Shown here: in pieces, positions 11,811-24,566 of the stretch
How the letters are laid out: every line of letters starts with the position of its first letter
Position numbering within the stretch: position 1 is the first letter of the stretch
Source of the DNA: Octopus bimaculoides
Lineage: Eukaryota
Reading direction: 5' to 3'
Assembly (NCBI RefSeq): GCF_001194135.2
Contig: NC_068996.1
Coordinates: forward strand, 56,469,399-56,509,231
DNA length: 39,833 nucleotides
Made by a program: the position numbers and the translations under genes
The notes under the pieces: generated by a model
Database searches by the model: none
What the model was told of the DNA's origin: nothing
What the model saw: the letters and a program-made list of their open reading frames with translations, nothing else

Positions 11811-11867
<57 letters not shown>

Positions 11868-12016
11868 GGTTTCAATTTTCCTCTACCAAATCCCATCACA
11901 AGGTTTTGATCATATCTGAAGTGATTGTAGAAGGCATTTATTCAAGGTGCCATGCAACTGGACTGAACCCCAAACCACATGGTTGGGAAGCAAGCTTCTT
12001 ACCACAAAGCCATGCC
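11690..12016 (-). mobile_element. tRNA-type SINE with internal (CA)n/(TA)n expansion
   Basis: Reverse complement head ggcatggctttgtggtaagaagcttgcttcccaaccatgtggtttggggttcagtccagttgcatggcaccttg is homologous to 14225-14320. Confidence 0.75.
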
Positions 12017-12269
12017 TAAATATATATGTATATATACATATATAAATATATAAATATATATGTATTTATGTATGTATGTATGTGTGTGTGTATGTATGTA
12101 TGTATGTATGTATGTATGTATGTATGTGTGTGTGCATGTATGCATGTATGTATGTATGTATGCATGTATGTATGTATGTATGTACAGCCCACTCTCACAC
12201 ATGCATGCATATATACATATTTATGTTTATATATATATATATATATATATAAGGTTGAGGAGGGTATTT

Positions 12270-12309
<40 letters not shown>

Positions 12310-12331
12310 TTTGTGTGTGTGTTTATAGATG

Positions 12332-12365
<34 letters not shown>

Positions 12366-12378
12366 TATATATATATAG

Positions 12379-12417
<39 letters not shown>

Positions 12418-12440
12418 TACATGCACAACACACACATGTG
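12016..12440. repeat. (AT)n/(ATGT)n/(GT)n compound microsatellite
   Basis: Directly visible. Confidence 0.95.
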
Positions 12441-12944
12441 AGTGTGTGTATTTGTGTTTGTGTATTCAATCATGATTTGAATGGATATACAATACACAAT
12501 CCGTATGTAAACAAAATTGATTTAATCTTAAATGTAGCATAATCTCTGCTTTTGAATTGTTCTCTCTGCTCAGACTTGCCGTCTGCACATAGACACATAG
12601 CCGATAGTGAAAACGCATTCACCTTTCTCGCTTCACAACTTCTCTGTAAGACGTTTAGCCTCGAATCCATTATCCTTAAGCTATTGAAACATTTATATTC
12701 CTGTTTACATAAGGAAAGATGTATTTTTAGCAATTTTATGATTTATGTAAACTGATATAACATAGCATAGACTCCCTCGCCCCCCTGAAAAAGAAAAAAA
12801 AAGGAAATGAAAGTAATAAAATGATGATGATGGTGTTGATGATGATGATGATAATGATGATAATAAAAATGATAATGACGATAACAATAACAACAACAAC
12901 AACAACAGCAGCAGCAGCAACAACAACAACAACAATAGCAATAA

Positions 12945-13065
12945 CTCTTTTTACTTTCTCAAGGCCTGAAATTTTTGGAGAGGTGCTCAATTGATTACAT
13001 GAACCCCCAGTGTTTAGTTGGTACTTATTTCAGTGACCCCGAAAGGATGAGAAGCAAAAGGCAGA
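12945..13065 (-). mobile_element. Degraded SINE 3' fragment
   Basis: Reverse complement resembles the cctttcggggtc..aagtacc..actggg body of 6772-6959. Confidence 0.6.
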
Positions 13066-13444
13066 AAGGGAGCAGTTCTGAAGGGAAAGATTTAGTTGAA
13101 ATCAGGGAACTACTGCTTCTTTCACTGCTGAAAGTGATGAGAAGTGAATTACCTGCTGATTAAATTAGGACATAAGTGGCTGAGTACACCTCAGGCATGT
13201 ATATCCTTAATGGAATTTTCAGTCAAATTCAGTATGGCACAAGTAGGTGACAAGGATGTACTCTTTTGAATTATAATCCTTTTGATGAGCTTCCATACAG
13301 TTTCCATTCCACTCACAAGGTATGGGCCAAGTCATATATTGTGAGTGAAATTGGAGAAGTTGGATAGATGCAGTGGAATTGAATATGCAGGTTCTTGAGA
13401 TTGCAAAGAGAACTTCTCAACTATTTCGCTATGCTGTGCTGTGC

Positions 13445-13498
<54 letters not shown>

Positions 13499-13922
13499 NN
13501 NNNNNNNNNNNNNNNNNNNNNNNNNNNNNNNNNNNNNNNNNNNNNNNNNNNNNNNNNNNNNNNNNNNNNNNNNNNNNNNNNNNNNNNNNTCCGTGTGTGT
13601 TTGTGCGTGTGTGTGTGTGTGTGTGTGTCCGTGTGTGTTTGTGCGTGTGTGTGTGTGTGTGTATGTGTGTGCGTGTGTGAGCATGTGTGTGTGCACGTGT
13701 GTGAGTGTGTACGTGTGTGTGTATGTACATGTGTGTGTGTATGTACATGTGTGTGTGTACGTGTGTGTCTGTACGTGTGTGCGTGTGTATGTGTGTGTGT
13801 GTGTGCACGTGTGTGAGTGTGTACGTGCGCGTGTGTGCACGTGTGTGAGTGTGTGCGTGTGTGTGTGTGTGTACGTGTGTGTGTGTGTACGTGTGTGCGT
13901 GTGTACGTGTGTGTGTGTGTGT
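13445..13922. repeat. Long degenerate (TG)n array with a 91-N gap (13499-13589)
   Basis: Directly visible. Confidence 0.95.
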
Positions 13923-13964
13923 ACCGTCATCATTATGCATGAGAGGGAATTTGTCAAATTACAT

Positions 13965-14320
13965 TTTCTACAGCTGGGTGCCCTTCTTGTTACCAAACCT
14001 CATCTGTTTCCATGGTAATATTTTCCCATAGCCAGGCATGTTTTCCATGAAAGATTGGAAATGGTGGTAGGGTTGGGGTTGGCTGTCCTCAATCATACGA
14101 TAGTGGCACTTGTTCGTATTTATCCCATTATGTCACAACAAGGGAAAATACAAACACACATACGGAGTTTTCACTTACCAAATCCATGCATAAAGTTTTG
14201 ATCAGTGTGGGACTATATATAGTAGAAGACACTTGCCCCAAGGTGCCATGCAGTGGGGCTGAACCCAAAACTACATTACCGAAATGTAATCTCTTTAACC
14301 ACACAACCACACCTGTGCCT
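13965..14320 (-). mobile_element. tRNA-type SINE copy
   Basis: caaggtgccatgca...ctgaaccc motif shared with 11940-11975; ctacagctgggtgccctt motif shared with 3890-3910. Confidence 0.7.
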
Positions 14321-14664
14321 GTTGTATCTAAATGCGTATTAATGTAGTGTAGCCAAAATTATCGATCTAATATTGTAATTATAATATATAATGACATTTA
14401 GATATTGAATAACTCTAAGGATGTAAGAAGAAAACTTGGAGAGAATAGTTATTCATTGAATATTTATTTGGTTTTTATATAAAAGCTAATTGTGAAAGAT
14501 TTCAAGTTAATAAATCCTAAAAACTTTAGATTAATTTGATCTTTTAGATTTTTGGTTTATTTGCATGGATGATTTGTATCAATTTTCAATTATACTATAT
14601 CAAATTAAGAGAATAAGATAATTTCCTCCTAAAATTACCTGTGGAATTCTTAATTTTCCAAATA

Positions 14665-14745
14665 ATGATGATGATGATGGTGGTGGTGGTGGTGGTGGTG
14701 GTGGTGGTGGTGGTGGTGGTGGTGGTGGTAGCAGTGGTGGTGATG
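14665..14745. repeat. (GAT)n(GGT)n microsatellite
   Basis: Directly visible. Confidence 0.95.
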
Positions 14746-15126
14746 CAAATTATTTTACTATACTTACCATTAATGGTTAAAATTTTGAGTTGGAAATTTT
14801 GTAATCTATATCAGGAAAATATGAAGAATTAACAAAATATATTTTTGACAAATTTAGGAATAATAGTGATGCAAAGAATTTAATATGGAGATTTTAATTC
14901 AGGGGTCAACATAGTCTTCCATTTTTGGGGGTTAATAAAAAAGTAACACTTCCAGGTAGCTTATTGACAGCAGATTTACAGTAAAAATGCTAGACTGGAT
15001 AAGTTTATTATTTGTCCTGGCCTTCTGTATTTTATAATTGTCTTGTGCAATTAAAAGGGTAGTTTTTCCTTTACATGTTTTCACATCCATTTTTCCATGC
15101 TAGCATGAGTTAGATGCTTTTCTTAG

Positions 15127-15290
15127 ACCACCACCACCATCACAACCACTGCCACTATCATCACCACTATAACTACCATCACTACAATCACCCTCACCAA
15201 CACCATCACCACCTCTGCCACTACCTCCACAATCACAACCACCACCACCACCACTACCACCACCACTACCAACGCCATCATCACTACTAA
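15127..15290. repeat. Degenerate (CAC)n microsatellite
   Basis: Directly visible. Confidence 0.9.
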
Positions 15291-15403
15291 CAAGTGTATG
15301 AAAAGTAAGCTTATCAGTTTAGTAATGATGCTATAATACATTTGAAACTAATAATTTATGCAAAATATAATGAAGAAGAATTTAATACAAGGAATAGCGC
15401 AAG

Positions 15404-15507
15404 CAGTATTACAAACTGGTGTTGAATCCTCTATGTGGTCCCACCCTGGGGTCTATAGGCCCTTGGTGGTTTATAATGATAGTACTGGGGATTCAGGAAC
15501 TAAATTT

Positions 15508-15546
<39 letters not shown>

Positions 15547-15627
15547 ATAAGCATATTAAAAGGAGTCCATGGGAAGATTCATTAAAATAAAAGGGGTCCC
15601 TGGTATCGAAAAAGTTGGGAACCACTG
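15404..15627. mobile_element. Possible degraded hAT/Charlie-like MITE
   Basis: Right end AGTTGGGAACCACTG is Charlie-like; left end CAGTATTACAAACT is a weak match; no target duplication found. Confidence 0.4.
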
Positions 15628-15777
15628 ACATGGTCAGTTGACTTCTAGAAATTGTAGCTTAATCTCCTTCAACAAGGTTTAAAAGAAGAAAGAAAGATGC
15701 ACACATTTGATAATGTAGCCATAAATATCTTAAAAATGAAATGATAATCATGAATGGCATATATACAATTATAATAT

Positions 15778-15832
<55 letters not shown>

Positions 15833-16204
15833 ATGTGTGTGTATCTACACATATACAATTATAACCCATGCCAGCATGGACAACAGACATTAAATGATGA
15901 TGATGATGATGATGATGATGATAATAATAATAATAGTAATAATGATAATTATAATAATAATAATATCAGTATCAGGAGGTATTAAGAGGAATATAAAGGA
16001 AATTGGAATTAGAGTGCCCAGTAGAACTGTTACAAAAGGTTTGCCTCTTTGGCATGGGCAAAATAACCAGGATGAAAGTATTAGAGAACCGAAAAGAATA
16101 AACAGCATGGTACTGTAAGCTGCAGGTAGTAATTCCGTTGTGCAACCAAGACTCTAGGAGTTACAACAAAACCTGTGATGAAGAGAAATAATCATGATAA
16201 TATT

Positions 16205-16408
16205 TTCAAATTTTGGCACAAGGCCAGCAATTTGTGGGGTGGGGTGGGGAACGTCAAATACATAGATCCCAGTACTCAACTGATGCTTATTTTATAAATT
16301 GTGAAAGGTTGAAAAGCAAAGTCGACCTCAATAGCATTTGAACTCAGAATGTAAAGATGCCTCTAAGCATTTCACCCAGCGTGCTAACGATTCTGCCATC
16401 TCACCACC
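16205..16408 (-). mobile_element. SINE, near full-length head
   Basis: Reverse complement starts aggtggtgagatggcagaatcgttagcacgctgggtgaaatgcttag, continues ttctgagttcaaatgc and ends ccttgtgcc; homologous to 6772-6959. Confidence 0.8.
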
Positions 16409-16411
16409 TAA

Positions 16412-16426
16412 AAATAAATAACAATG

Positions 16427-16467
<41 letters not shown>

Positions 16468-16479
16468 CATAATAATAAT

Positions 16480-16547
<68 letters not shown>

Positions 16548-16560
16548 CAATAACAATAAT

Positions 16561-16622
<62 letters not shown>

Positions 16623-16626
16623 TAAT
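16412..16626. repeat. Long (AAT)n microsatellite
   Basis: About 70 units visible. Confidence 0.97.
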
Positions 16627-16936
16627 GCTGTAGAGAAATTGAGCCAACATTTTCATAGAAATAACAATAAATTAACATATTTCACATGTTGAATACCAAC
16701 CTTTATAATAATGAAATGGAAATGTATAGAAATGTATCTGATGGTAGATAATGCAAAGCACAAGCCTTTTTATTTTTGTTATTTATCTATTTATTTATGT
16801 ATTTATTTTAGTTATTTGCTATGATTCCAGTAGAAAACTTGACTGTGACATCCAGAAATGACATCCAGCCACAATTCTTGTTCTTTCCTTTCTTTTCTTT
16901 TTATTTATTTATTTATATATTTATTCATTTATGTGC

Positions 16937-16939
<3 letters not shown>

Positions 16940-17020
<81 letters not shown>

Positions 17021-17047
17021 TGTTATTATTGTTGTTATTATAATTAT
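16940..17047. repeat. (ATT)n microsatellite
   Basis: Directly visible. Confidence 0.97.
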
Positions 17048-17295
17048 TCAGTAGTTTCATTTTACATATTCCAAAGAATAAGTAAAATGCAAAAAAACCC
17101 CCCCAAAAAATACAATTGTTAGCAACAAAATATTACTTCAAGAAGAAAAAATGAAACTTTTTCCAGACATTTCTTTTTCTATTCTTAATCACTCATTCAC
17201 AATTCTTGCCTCATTCAAATGTATTTTGTTGTTTTTATATTCATACGACTGTACTTAACTTAGACTGGAAGATTACTAAAAATCTTGACATCTCT

Positions 17296-17550
17296 ATCAT
17301 CATCATCATTATCATCAGTGTCATCATCATCATTATCATCATTATCATCATCATCTTCATCATTGTCACTATTGTCCTCATCATTATCATCGCCATCATC
17401 ATCATCGTTGTTATCATCACCGTCATCGTCATCGTTACCATCATCAACAGCAACAGTAGCATCATCAACATCATCATCATCATTATTTTCCTCCTTCTCC
17501 TTCATCTTTTCCTCCTACTCCAGCTTCTCCTTCTTCTTCCTCTTCTTCTT
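17296..17550. repeat. Degenerate (ATC)n then (CTT)n microsatellite
   Basis: Directly visible. Confidence 0.92.
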
Positions 17551-17980
17551 CTTTGTCATCAAGTGTAATTTTAGGGACATTTGGCAACTATTTCTAGCAT
17601 GCCAAGCAGCCATATATAAATCTTGTTTGATGGATCGTCATCTGCATATTAGAAAAAAGGTGCATATATGGTTTCATTTTCTTATCTTGTTTTCTTCTAT
17701 TTAAAAAAAAAATCATTTGCATAAAATTCTTATATATATTTCTTTTTGAGTACATGCTATTTTTGCAGCTGGATAACTTTCCAAATGTAAAACTATATGT
17801 ACACACTGCACACATATATGCATAGCATGTATACTTGTGTGTATTTGTATATATCAATATAAATTTATATGCATTTGTATATATATATACATGATACATG
17901 TACACACACACAAACACATATATATAAGGATTTGCATCCATCTACACATGTGTGTACGTGTGCATGTATAATAATAAATG

Positions 17981-18272
17981 TAGTAGGGTCAGTTGAGTGA
18001 TCATGGTAAAATGCAGTTGGTTAGTCTCTAGCATAAAAATGGCTTATGTAAGAAATACAGTTGACTCAATAATTGTCCAATAAAATTTACTGGTCAATGC
18101 ATCAACTGCAGTCCATCCCATATGAAGATTAAACAGAAAATTCCAATAAACTAACAAAGTGCTCTGCAATTCCATTTCAAAAGCAACAAACATTGTTTAT
18201 AATGAAATCATCAAATCTGTAAATAAAAGGGAAGGAAGAAGTAGTTGATTACGACAGCTGTTTCAAAAGCAC
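17981..18272 (+). repeat. 292-bp segment, inverted copy of 1769-2060
   Basis: Manual alignment, about 98% identity. Confidence 0.95.
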
Positions 18273-18556
18273 ATTGGTTGGCTAGAAAACATTCGTAATT
18301 TTGTGCGAGTCACATCCAATAGCTATTGAAACAGTTGTAGTACGCATCTACCCCTTCCATCCCGGTTATTTACATACGTATACATGTCATTGTTCAGTTT
18401 TACTTCAAGATTTCTTGCCAATAGAGAAAGAGCTGGTTTCTAACCTATATCCACGGCTCTTTCAATGTAATTTCAGCATCAACAACAGGGTATTTCTGTT
18501 TGTACGTATGTATATATGTATCTATATCTATCTATCTATGTATCTATCTATCTATC

Positions 18557-18595
<39 letters not shown>

Positions 18596-18715
18596 GCGGG
18601 GAGAGAGAGAGGGGGAGGAGAGAGAGAGGGAGGAGAGAGAGAGGGGGAAGAGAGAGAGAGAGATGAAGAAGAGAAAATGGATTGAATGACATTCTCAGTA
18701 CAATAGCCATAATAT

Positions 18716-18945
18716 CAACGTACTATAGGCGTGACAATGTACAGACACAATTGTAGTAAAATAGAAGAATGTCCTTCAATTCATTTTCTATCATTTATGT
18801 ATTTATATAAACTCTATGGATACTATGGAATTTCAGATGTATATCCAGGGGCAGTATCATTCCCACTGTATGTTGTCATTTGGTAACCAATAACTGTGGA
18901 CGAGCTTTGTGCAGCATACAACAAAAATTTTAAACAAATTTTATT
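18716..18945 (+). pseudogene. Decayed coding-like segment of unknown family (paralogue of 31092-31361)
   Basis: Reads RTIGVTMYRHNCSKIEECPSIHFLSFMYLYKLYGYYGISDVYPGAVSFPLYVVIW*PITVDELCAAYNKNFK; differs from its paralogue by repeated synonymous third-position changes. Confidence 0.5.
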
Positions 18946-20139
18946 TAACTATATTAATGGGTCCAAAAAATGTTCAGTGTATTCTATTGAAAAACTGTAT
19001 CTCTTAAAAAAAAAACAAGAACCTCCTACGAATATATAAATTCAACGAACGAAATTTTTTTCTGTATGTTTGCATTTCAAGAAATACATCTCGTCAGAAT
19101 TTAAAAGGAGACCACTGGACTCTTAGTAAACCATTAAGATCTGGTTTACGTTTCCTTGACATCAAATTATTGTAACATCGATTATCTCCCTTACGTTTTC
19201 TCTTCTTTTTTACCAGTGTCTCTTGTTTAAACGTAATCTGCTCAAAAGACAACTTGTTCTCAGCTTGATAAATGGCGAAATAACTTTATTTCGACTAGGA
19301 AACCTTAGGTAGCTCTATTTACAAGATCTGTGTTTTTTTATTATAAGATTACCTTTATTTTGTTAGCTGAGCAATGCTTTTCTACTTGTTTAAGCATTAT
19401 CACATAATATATATATATATATATAGGTAGATATAAATACATTTACATCTATATATACATATAACTGATATGTGTGTGTGTGCGTGTGTGTGTGTGTGTG
19501 TGTGTATGCTTGACTTTATTAATAAACAACTGTTTCACATACACGCAAACACAAAAACACATACACACAAATTTAGTGGCCAGGGAAATGTCACAGATCA
19601 GGTGAAGGGTTCAAATCTACAGGGACACAATGATTCATCACCATTTAAAACAATGAATGGAAAGAAAATTGCAATGTTATTATCAGTCCGAATATGCTTG
19701 ATGCACGTTCGAACTGGGGAACAAGTTACTCACTGTGTTTTGTAATGGAGAATATATTTCGCTTGTTGACAAATGGTGTGTATACACCTAGATCAGCTGG
19801 CAGCACCACCTACCTAGACTGTGAGATGCTAGCATTTTGGAGTAGTTATCTTCTCATCGATCACAGACACTAAGCAGAACAAAGAAAATTATTCTATGAT
19901 GTCATTTGGGATTTATTTATTTACTTGTTTTTGTTTTGCATTTTTTTAAATTCTTCCTTTTAAATGTACTGAAGACTGATTTATAAAACTAGGACAAGAA
20001 TTGAATTCTAAAAATTTGAGAAAGCAGCAGCAGAGAGAGGTGAGGAGAAAGAGAGAATTTAAAATATTCAACCAGATGTGATAGTTACTGATGTAGTCAT
20101 CTAAATTGGAAGGTTCTGTGAAGTGTGTCTACATTCGAA

Positions 20140-20805
20140 CATCTCTGCTCGTTTGCTTAATCTACGAAGCCTTGAAATAATGCCCTTCTCATCAACTGGT
20201 ACCCTTCTTGACGGGGAGTGCACTCGTATCGGAGTGGATCAGCACCTCGGTCTCCGCATGTGAGAGCGGCACAGATGCCTTTGTGGAGAGGTAGTCGAGG
20301 GATTCAGCCTGCATCCATCATCCTGCAGTTCCCTCGACACGCCGTTTGGAATGACATAATTTGAAGGGTCCTCGAAGCGGAAAGTCTTCCGTCAAAACTG
20401 GAGCCAGTAAGTCTTGACCTCGAGGATGGTAAGCGCCCGACGGAATAATCCTCTTCTCGTACGAGGGAGGCAAACCCCTAATCTGGAACGTGACGTACTA
20501 CGACACGATTTGAAGCTCCACCTTTGCTGCACCGGCCACAGACTGGGGTTTCACCGACTATAACAGAGAGGAAAGAAAAATAAATAAAATACAGAAGCCT
20601 GGTCTGCCGCTATCAGTTTGTGTCGGTCACAGTCGAGATCTCAGGTGTTCTCGGACCCTACATTGTCGATTTCCTCCACAAAATCGAGATAATTGTAGCC
20701 CGTCTGAAAGATGAGCCCCGCGAGGTGTGATTGCTGCTGCATCAAATGTTGCTCACCATTCCCTGCAGCAACTCTTTTGCAATGATGCCCATGAGGCGCG
20801 GCTAA
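20140..20805 (+). mobile_element. CRE-clade non-LTR retrotransposon, decayed 3' fragment
   Basis: Across frameshifts: GTLLDGECTRIGV..LGL..RHRCLCG; RHAVWNDII..LEP..LEDGKRPDG..PLIWNVT..DT; KYRSL..YQFVSVTVEISGVLGP. These match the CCHC plus restriction-like endonuclease C-terminus of CRE elements. Confidence 0.85.
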
Positions 20806-21123
20806 ACACGCCATTTGTCTGTCGATGTTCAACCCATTACTCCCTTCACCCCCACCCCACTCCCTACAATCTTCAGCTGCTTAATTCCCTCCTCCTTTTT
20901 TCTTTGCTTCCTTAATGAGATAGTTATGGGGTTTTCACTCGATAATTTGATCTTTCATACTTTTCATGTTTTTTAACTTACTTTTCTTCCAGTAAAAAAT
21001 ATGGTAATAATAAAAGCAAAGTTTATCATGGAAAAAGGTAAAAAATTTTCAGTTCAACAAAGTTTGTTGCATAAATTCTAACGAAAACAAATATATACAA
21101 ACGCACACACACGCACACACACA

Positions 21124-21154
<31 letters not shown>

Positions 21155-21244
21155 GCATACACACACACACACACACACACATACACATACATATAACATG
21201 GATGAGTAATTTGCAATATAACAATCTAAAAGCAGAAATAAATA

Positions 21245-21548
21245 TGTCACTAAAGTGACAAAGGGTACTAATCAGCACCAGTATTGCTAGAAATACGAGT
21301 CAAAACAACTCAATTGCTACACCAAACATTCTTTTAATGATTGACGAAAGAGGCAAGCCACCGATGAACATTAAGATGCTTTAAACATCAAAATACGAAA
21401 TCATCGATGATCTGGCGATATCTGCTGCCGTAGGGAGCTTGCTTTCCTTGTCAGTAACTAAATAGTTCTTCTGTGGCTATTGAGTTGTTTTGACTCTTAT
21501 TTCTAGCAATGGTGGTACTGATTACTTCCCTTTATCACCTTAGTGACG
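21245..21548. mobile_element. 304-bp MITE with about 78-bp TIRs and TA target duplication (Tc1/mariner type)
   Basis: Left arm tgtcactaaagtgacaaagggtactaatcagcaccagtattgctagaaatacgagtcaaaacaactcaat matches the reverse complement of the right arm at roughly 85%; TA at 21243-21244 and 21549-21550. Confidence 0.88.
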
Positions 21549-22286
21549 TATAGATTTCTGCCTTTAGGCTGCATATAATATTCCTGTTAGCTTGTATTAT
21601 AATGAACGTAGGGTTGATTATGAAACGTTTATAATTTTGATATTTTTAATATTATTTTTCTATCTTAATATAATAAGTATTTTATATACATTCATTTGTT
21701 ATTTATTGTTGGTTGATATATACATTCTTTTATTATTATTATTGTTGTATTTTGACCTGAAGATTAGCTATATTTTTGAATAGAATTGACTTTCGATAGT
21801 TTTAATCGATTTAAATATTTAAGTATTTGACTATAAAAATGTTTGAAATTTAGTATGTTTTAGAATTTTTTAAGGCAAGTCGTAGTGCGCTTAGTTTCCA
21901 TAGCTCCGACGGCCGGCGGCATGAAAGTAGGTCCGACAAATCTTATTAATATCTGAAAGAATACAAAGTTTTCAACATTTTTATGGTAGAGAGTTATGAG
22001 AGGTAAAATTGTACGAATGAGTGGGTTCAATACGTAGTTCAGTTCCGAACGTTATGAAGCGCGTGTTATGGTTAAATTACTTGATACAGTTATAATATTT
22101 ATAGAAATAATAATATCCCTCTTAATAACGGTCAACCACACAGTAAATTCCCTTTGTTTAACGGTCATTTTTCACAAGAATTTTCAATGGCCGGATAACT
22201 GAAGAGATGTTGACGTGGGTTCCCCACCCAGCATCCGAAACTCGATGTTTTATCATGGCTACCGAATAAATGTCACATATTTTTAC

Positions 22287-22339
<53 letters not shown>

Positions 22340-22625
22340 CATGTAAACATGCATACACGCACACATTTACGAAAATGTGTGACAAAATAATTCGTCATTA
22401 ATTTTAATTGCTGTTGGCTCTGTTACTCTTTGGAATCGACATGTGCTTAGGAAGTCACGTAGAAAATGTTCGTGTTTGAATATTGTGATTAAAGTAAACT
22501 TTTAATAAGAGAGCAAGTTTTAGGACAATATAGTGATTGGTAGAAGGAAAAACTATAATTGTTGTTGGATAGGCTCTTCGAACTTAATTAATTGAGCTTT
22601 CAAAATTTTCGCAAGAATAACTTAC

Positions 22626-22664
22626 CTTGCTGGAATTTCGGTTAAGACTCTTAAGATATGATTC
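22626..22664 (-). CDS. Candidate 39-nt exon of an unidentified minus-strand transcript
   Basis: Acceptor tttcatattctaag and donor CAAG|GTAAGT; two frames open (ESYLKSLNRNSSK or NHILRVLTEIPA). No homology recognised. Confidence 0.25.
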
Positions 22665-23282
22665 CTTAGAATATGAAATGAGATTAAATTTAAGAAGTTT
22701 TCGTTAGTTTGTATTCATGCTTTTGTTCTAAAGAATTGATTGTTCCATAGTATTCCTGGTTCTTATTTATGCTTTGGTAATATTTGAACAGGTTGCGCAT
22801 TGTATTTTATTGGTAAATGAACTATTATGAAAGGCTTCATCGCAATAATGACAAGCACGAATGAATTTAGGCTCAGCAATGAAGATATACATTTATGCTT
22901 GAGAATAAATTTTGAACACTATTTACATTGGATAATCTTTCATTAAGTCTTTGATAAAAGTGAAATTTATTCATATCAAAATTTAAGCAATATCTGGAAA
23001 ATTAACAATCCTAAGATCACTAAAGTATTTCCACTGAATTGTTTTATAAGCTTTTGCTAAGTTTATCGAGTTTTGATCGTTTATATTGTGCATCGTCTCT
23101 GGAGAAATATCCTCTCAAGATAAGAAATATGCGAGAGGTTCAAAATATAAATTCTATTGATATGCATGAATAAATATATAAATAAGAATTTACACACCAA
23201 CACGCAGTGATTGGGTATAGTCCTTAAAACAATTCGTTTCTGAAGAAGGTTTTACCTCAGGTGAAACAGTATTTTACATTAC

Positions 23283-23360
23283 GCTCTTCATAATCTTAAT
23301 AATGAATTCAGTAACTGGTATGTCAGTATTGACGAAATCTAGAGTTCCGAGAATGGTTTT
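23283..23360 (-). CDS. Candidate 78-nt exon
   Basis: Strong acceptor ttttatccttttatttag, donor GTAATG; single open frame KTILGTLDFVNTDIPVTEFIIKIMKS, phase-compatible with 22626-22664. Confidence 0.2.
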
Positions 23361-24535
23361 CTAAATAAAAGGATAAAATTCTGTAATATCGAGCTAGTAA
23401 ATCTATTTACCAGCTCCATATTAACGTTAATACCAATGCGTTTATTATTATTTTTTTTGTTTTGTTAATACCAGTGTTGCTTGTTGTCAATGTCATTGCG
23501 ATTTTTATATTTGTTTCCTTCCACCCCTCTAAATAGAATAGAATCTAGAATATGCCCTCTAACTATACCTAAACCAATTTTCTCAGGGTTGATTAATCTG
23601 TTTTTAAGGGTAATAAAAAAAAAGAATAACTTTGGATTTTAAGGATAAAATATACGTGAGAATAAATATTATAATCTGTAATCTACATTAAATACTGTGG
23701 CAATTTCTTTATGGAGATACGTGTGTTAGAAGATGAGCTTTAGTAAATTTCAGTTATTGTATTGGATAATATTCTATGTATTTCTAACAATGCCATAACG
23801 AATTTTTTGCTGTTGTTTTTTATGATAACTGGATTTTCTTAAAATTATGAATTGTTGTTTGGAGAATTTCGAAAGTTGTTGAAAACTTTCTTGAAGCTTC
23901 CACTTTTGATCAAACAGAAACTATCTGTTCCAAATGATTCCAGTTTTTTTGTTGAAGAATATTTCTTTCTTCTAAACACCAACTTATTGTCTGTTTTGGT
24001 CCAAAAATGTCTTTATTGAAAAAAATTGGTCCGTCACCTCATTCTTTTAATAAAAGTCTTCACATTTCTGGATTAAGTATTTTAGGAAGTATTTTGTAGA
24101 TGAAACCGGAATATTTTTATACTAAAATTAAGCATGCATTGTTTCATATTCAGCGTCCATATAAAATATCCTAAAGTGTTCAGCGTTGTACAGGAATGCT
24201 TGTTATCATTGCTAATAAACGTAAATCGCCTTCTTATGTCATATTCAAAACACTGCTTAAAGGAAATAAATTTACAGTTACTTTTTGTTCCTGATAATAA
24301 AAATGGTTGGATGTGTAACAGTATTGTTGAAGAGTGGATTCATTTCGTTTGGACTCGTTGCTCTGGTGTTTTACAAAAGCAAAATCAATGCTGACATAGA
24401 ATTCTTCCACGATCAACTTACAGATGATATACATATATAGTCTGCAACAGCATAGTACAGAAATTGTACACACACACACGTATGTATATATGCATGTATG
24501 TATGTGTATGTGTCTTGAGTGTATGTATGTATGCA

Positions 24536-24566
<31 letters not shown>

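Noticed and set aside
14987-15058. Signal-peptide-like MLDWISLLFVLAFCIL*LSCAIKR followed by a GT donor
   Set aside because: In-frame stop, very short, and no link to another exon can be shown.
18767-18872. C...ISDVY.GAVSFPLY resembling GPCR TM3 (DRY..AV..PL)
   Set aside because: Cys-to-Asp spacing is 22 rather than 24, DVY is not DRY, and no TM4 tryptophan follows.
19070-19100. Minus-strand CTGACGA...GAAA as a hammerhead
   Set aside because: Stems I and II do not pair.
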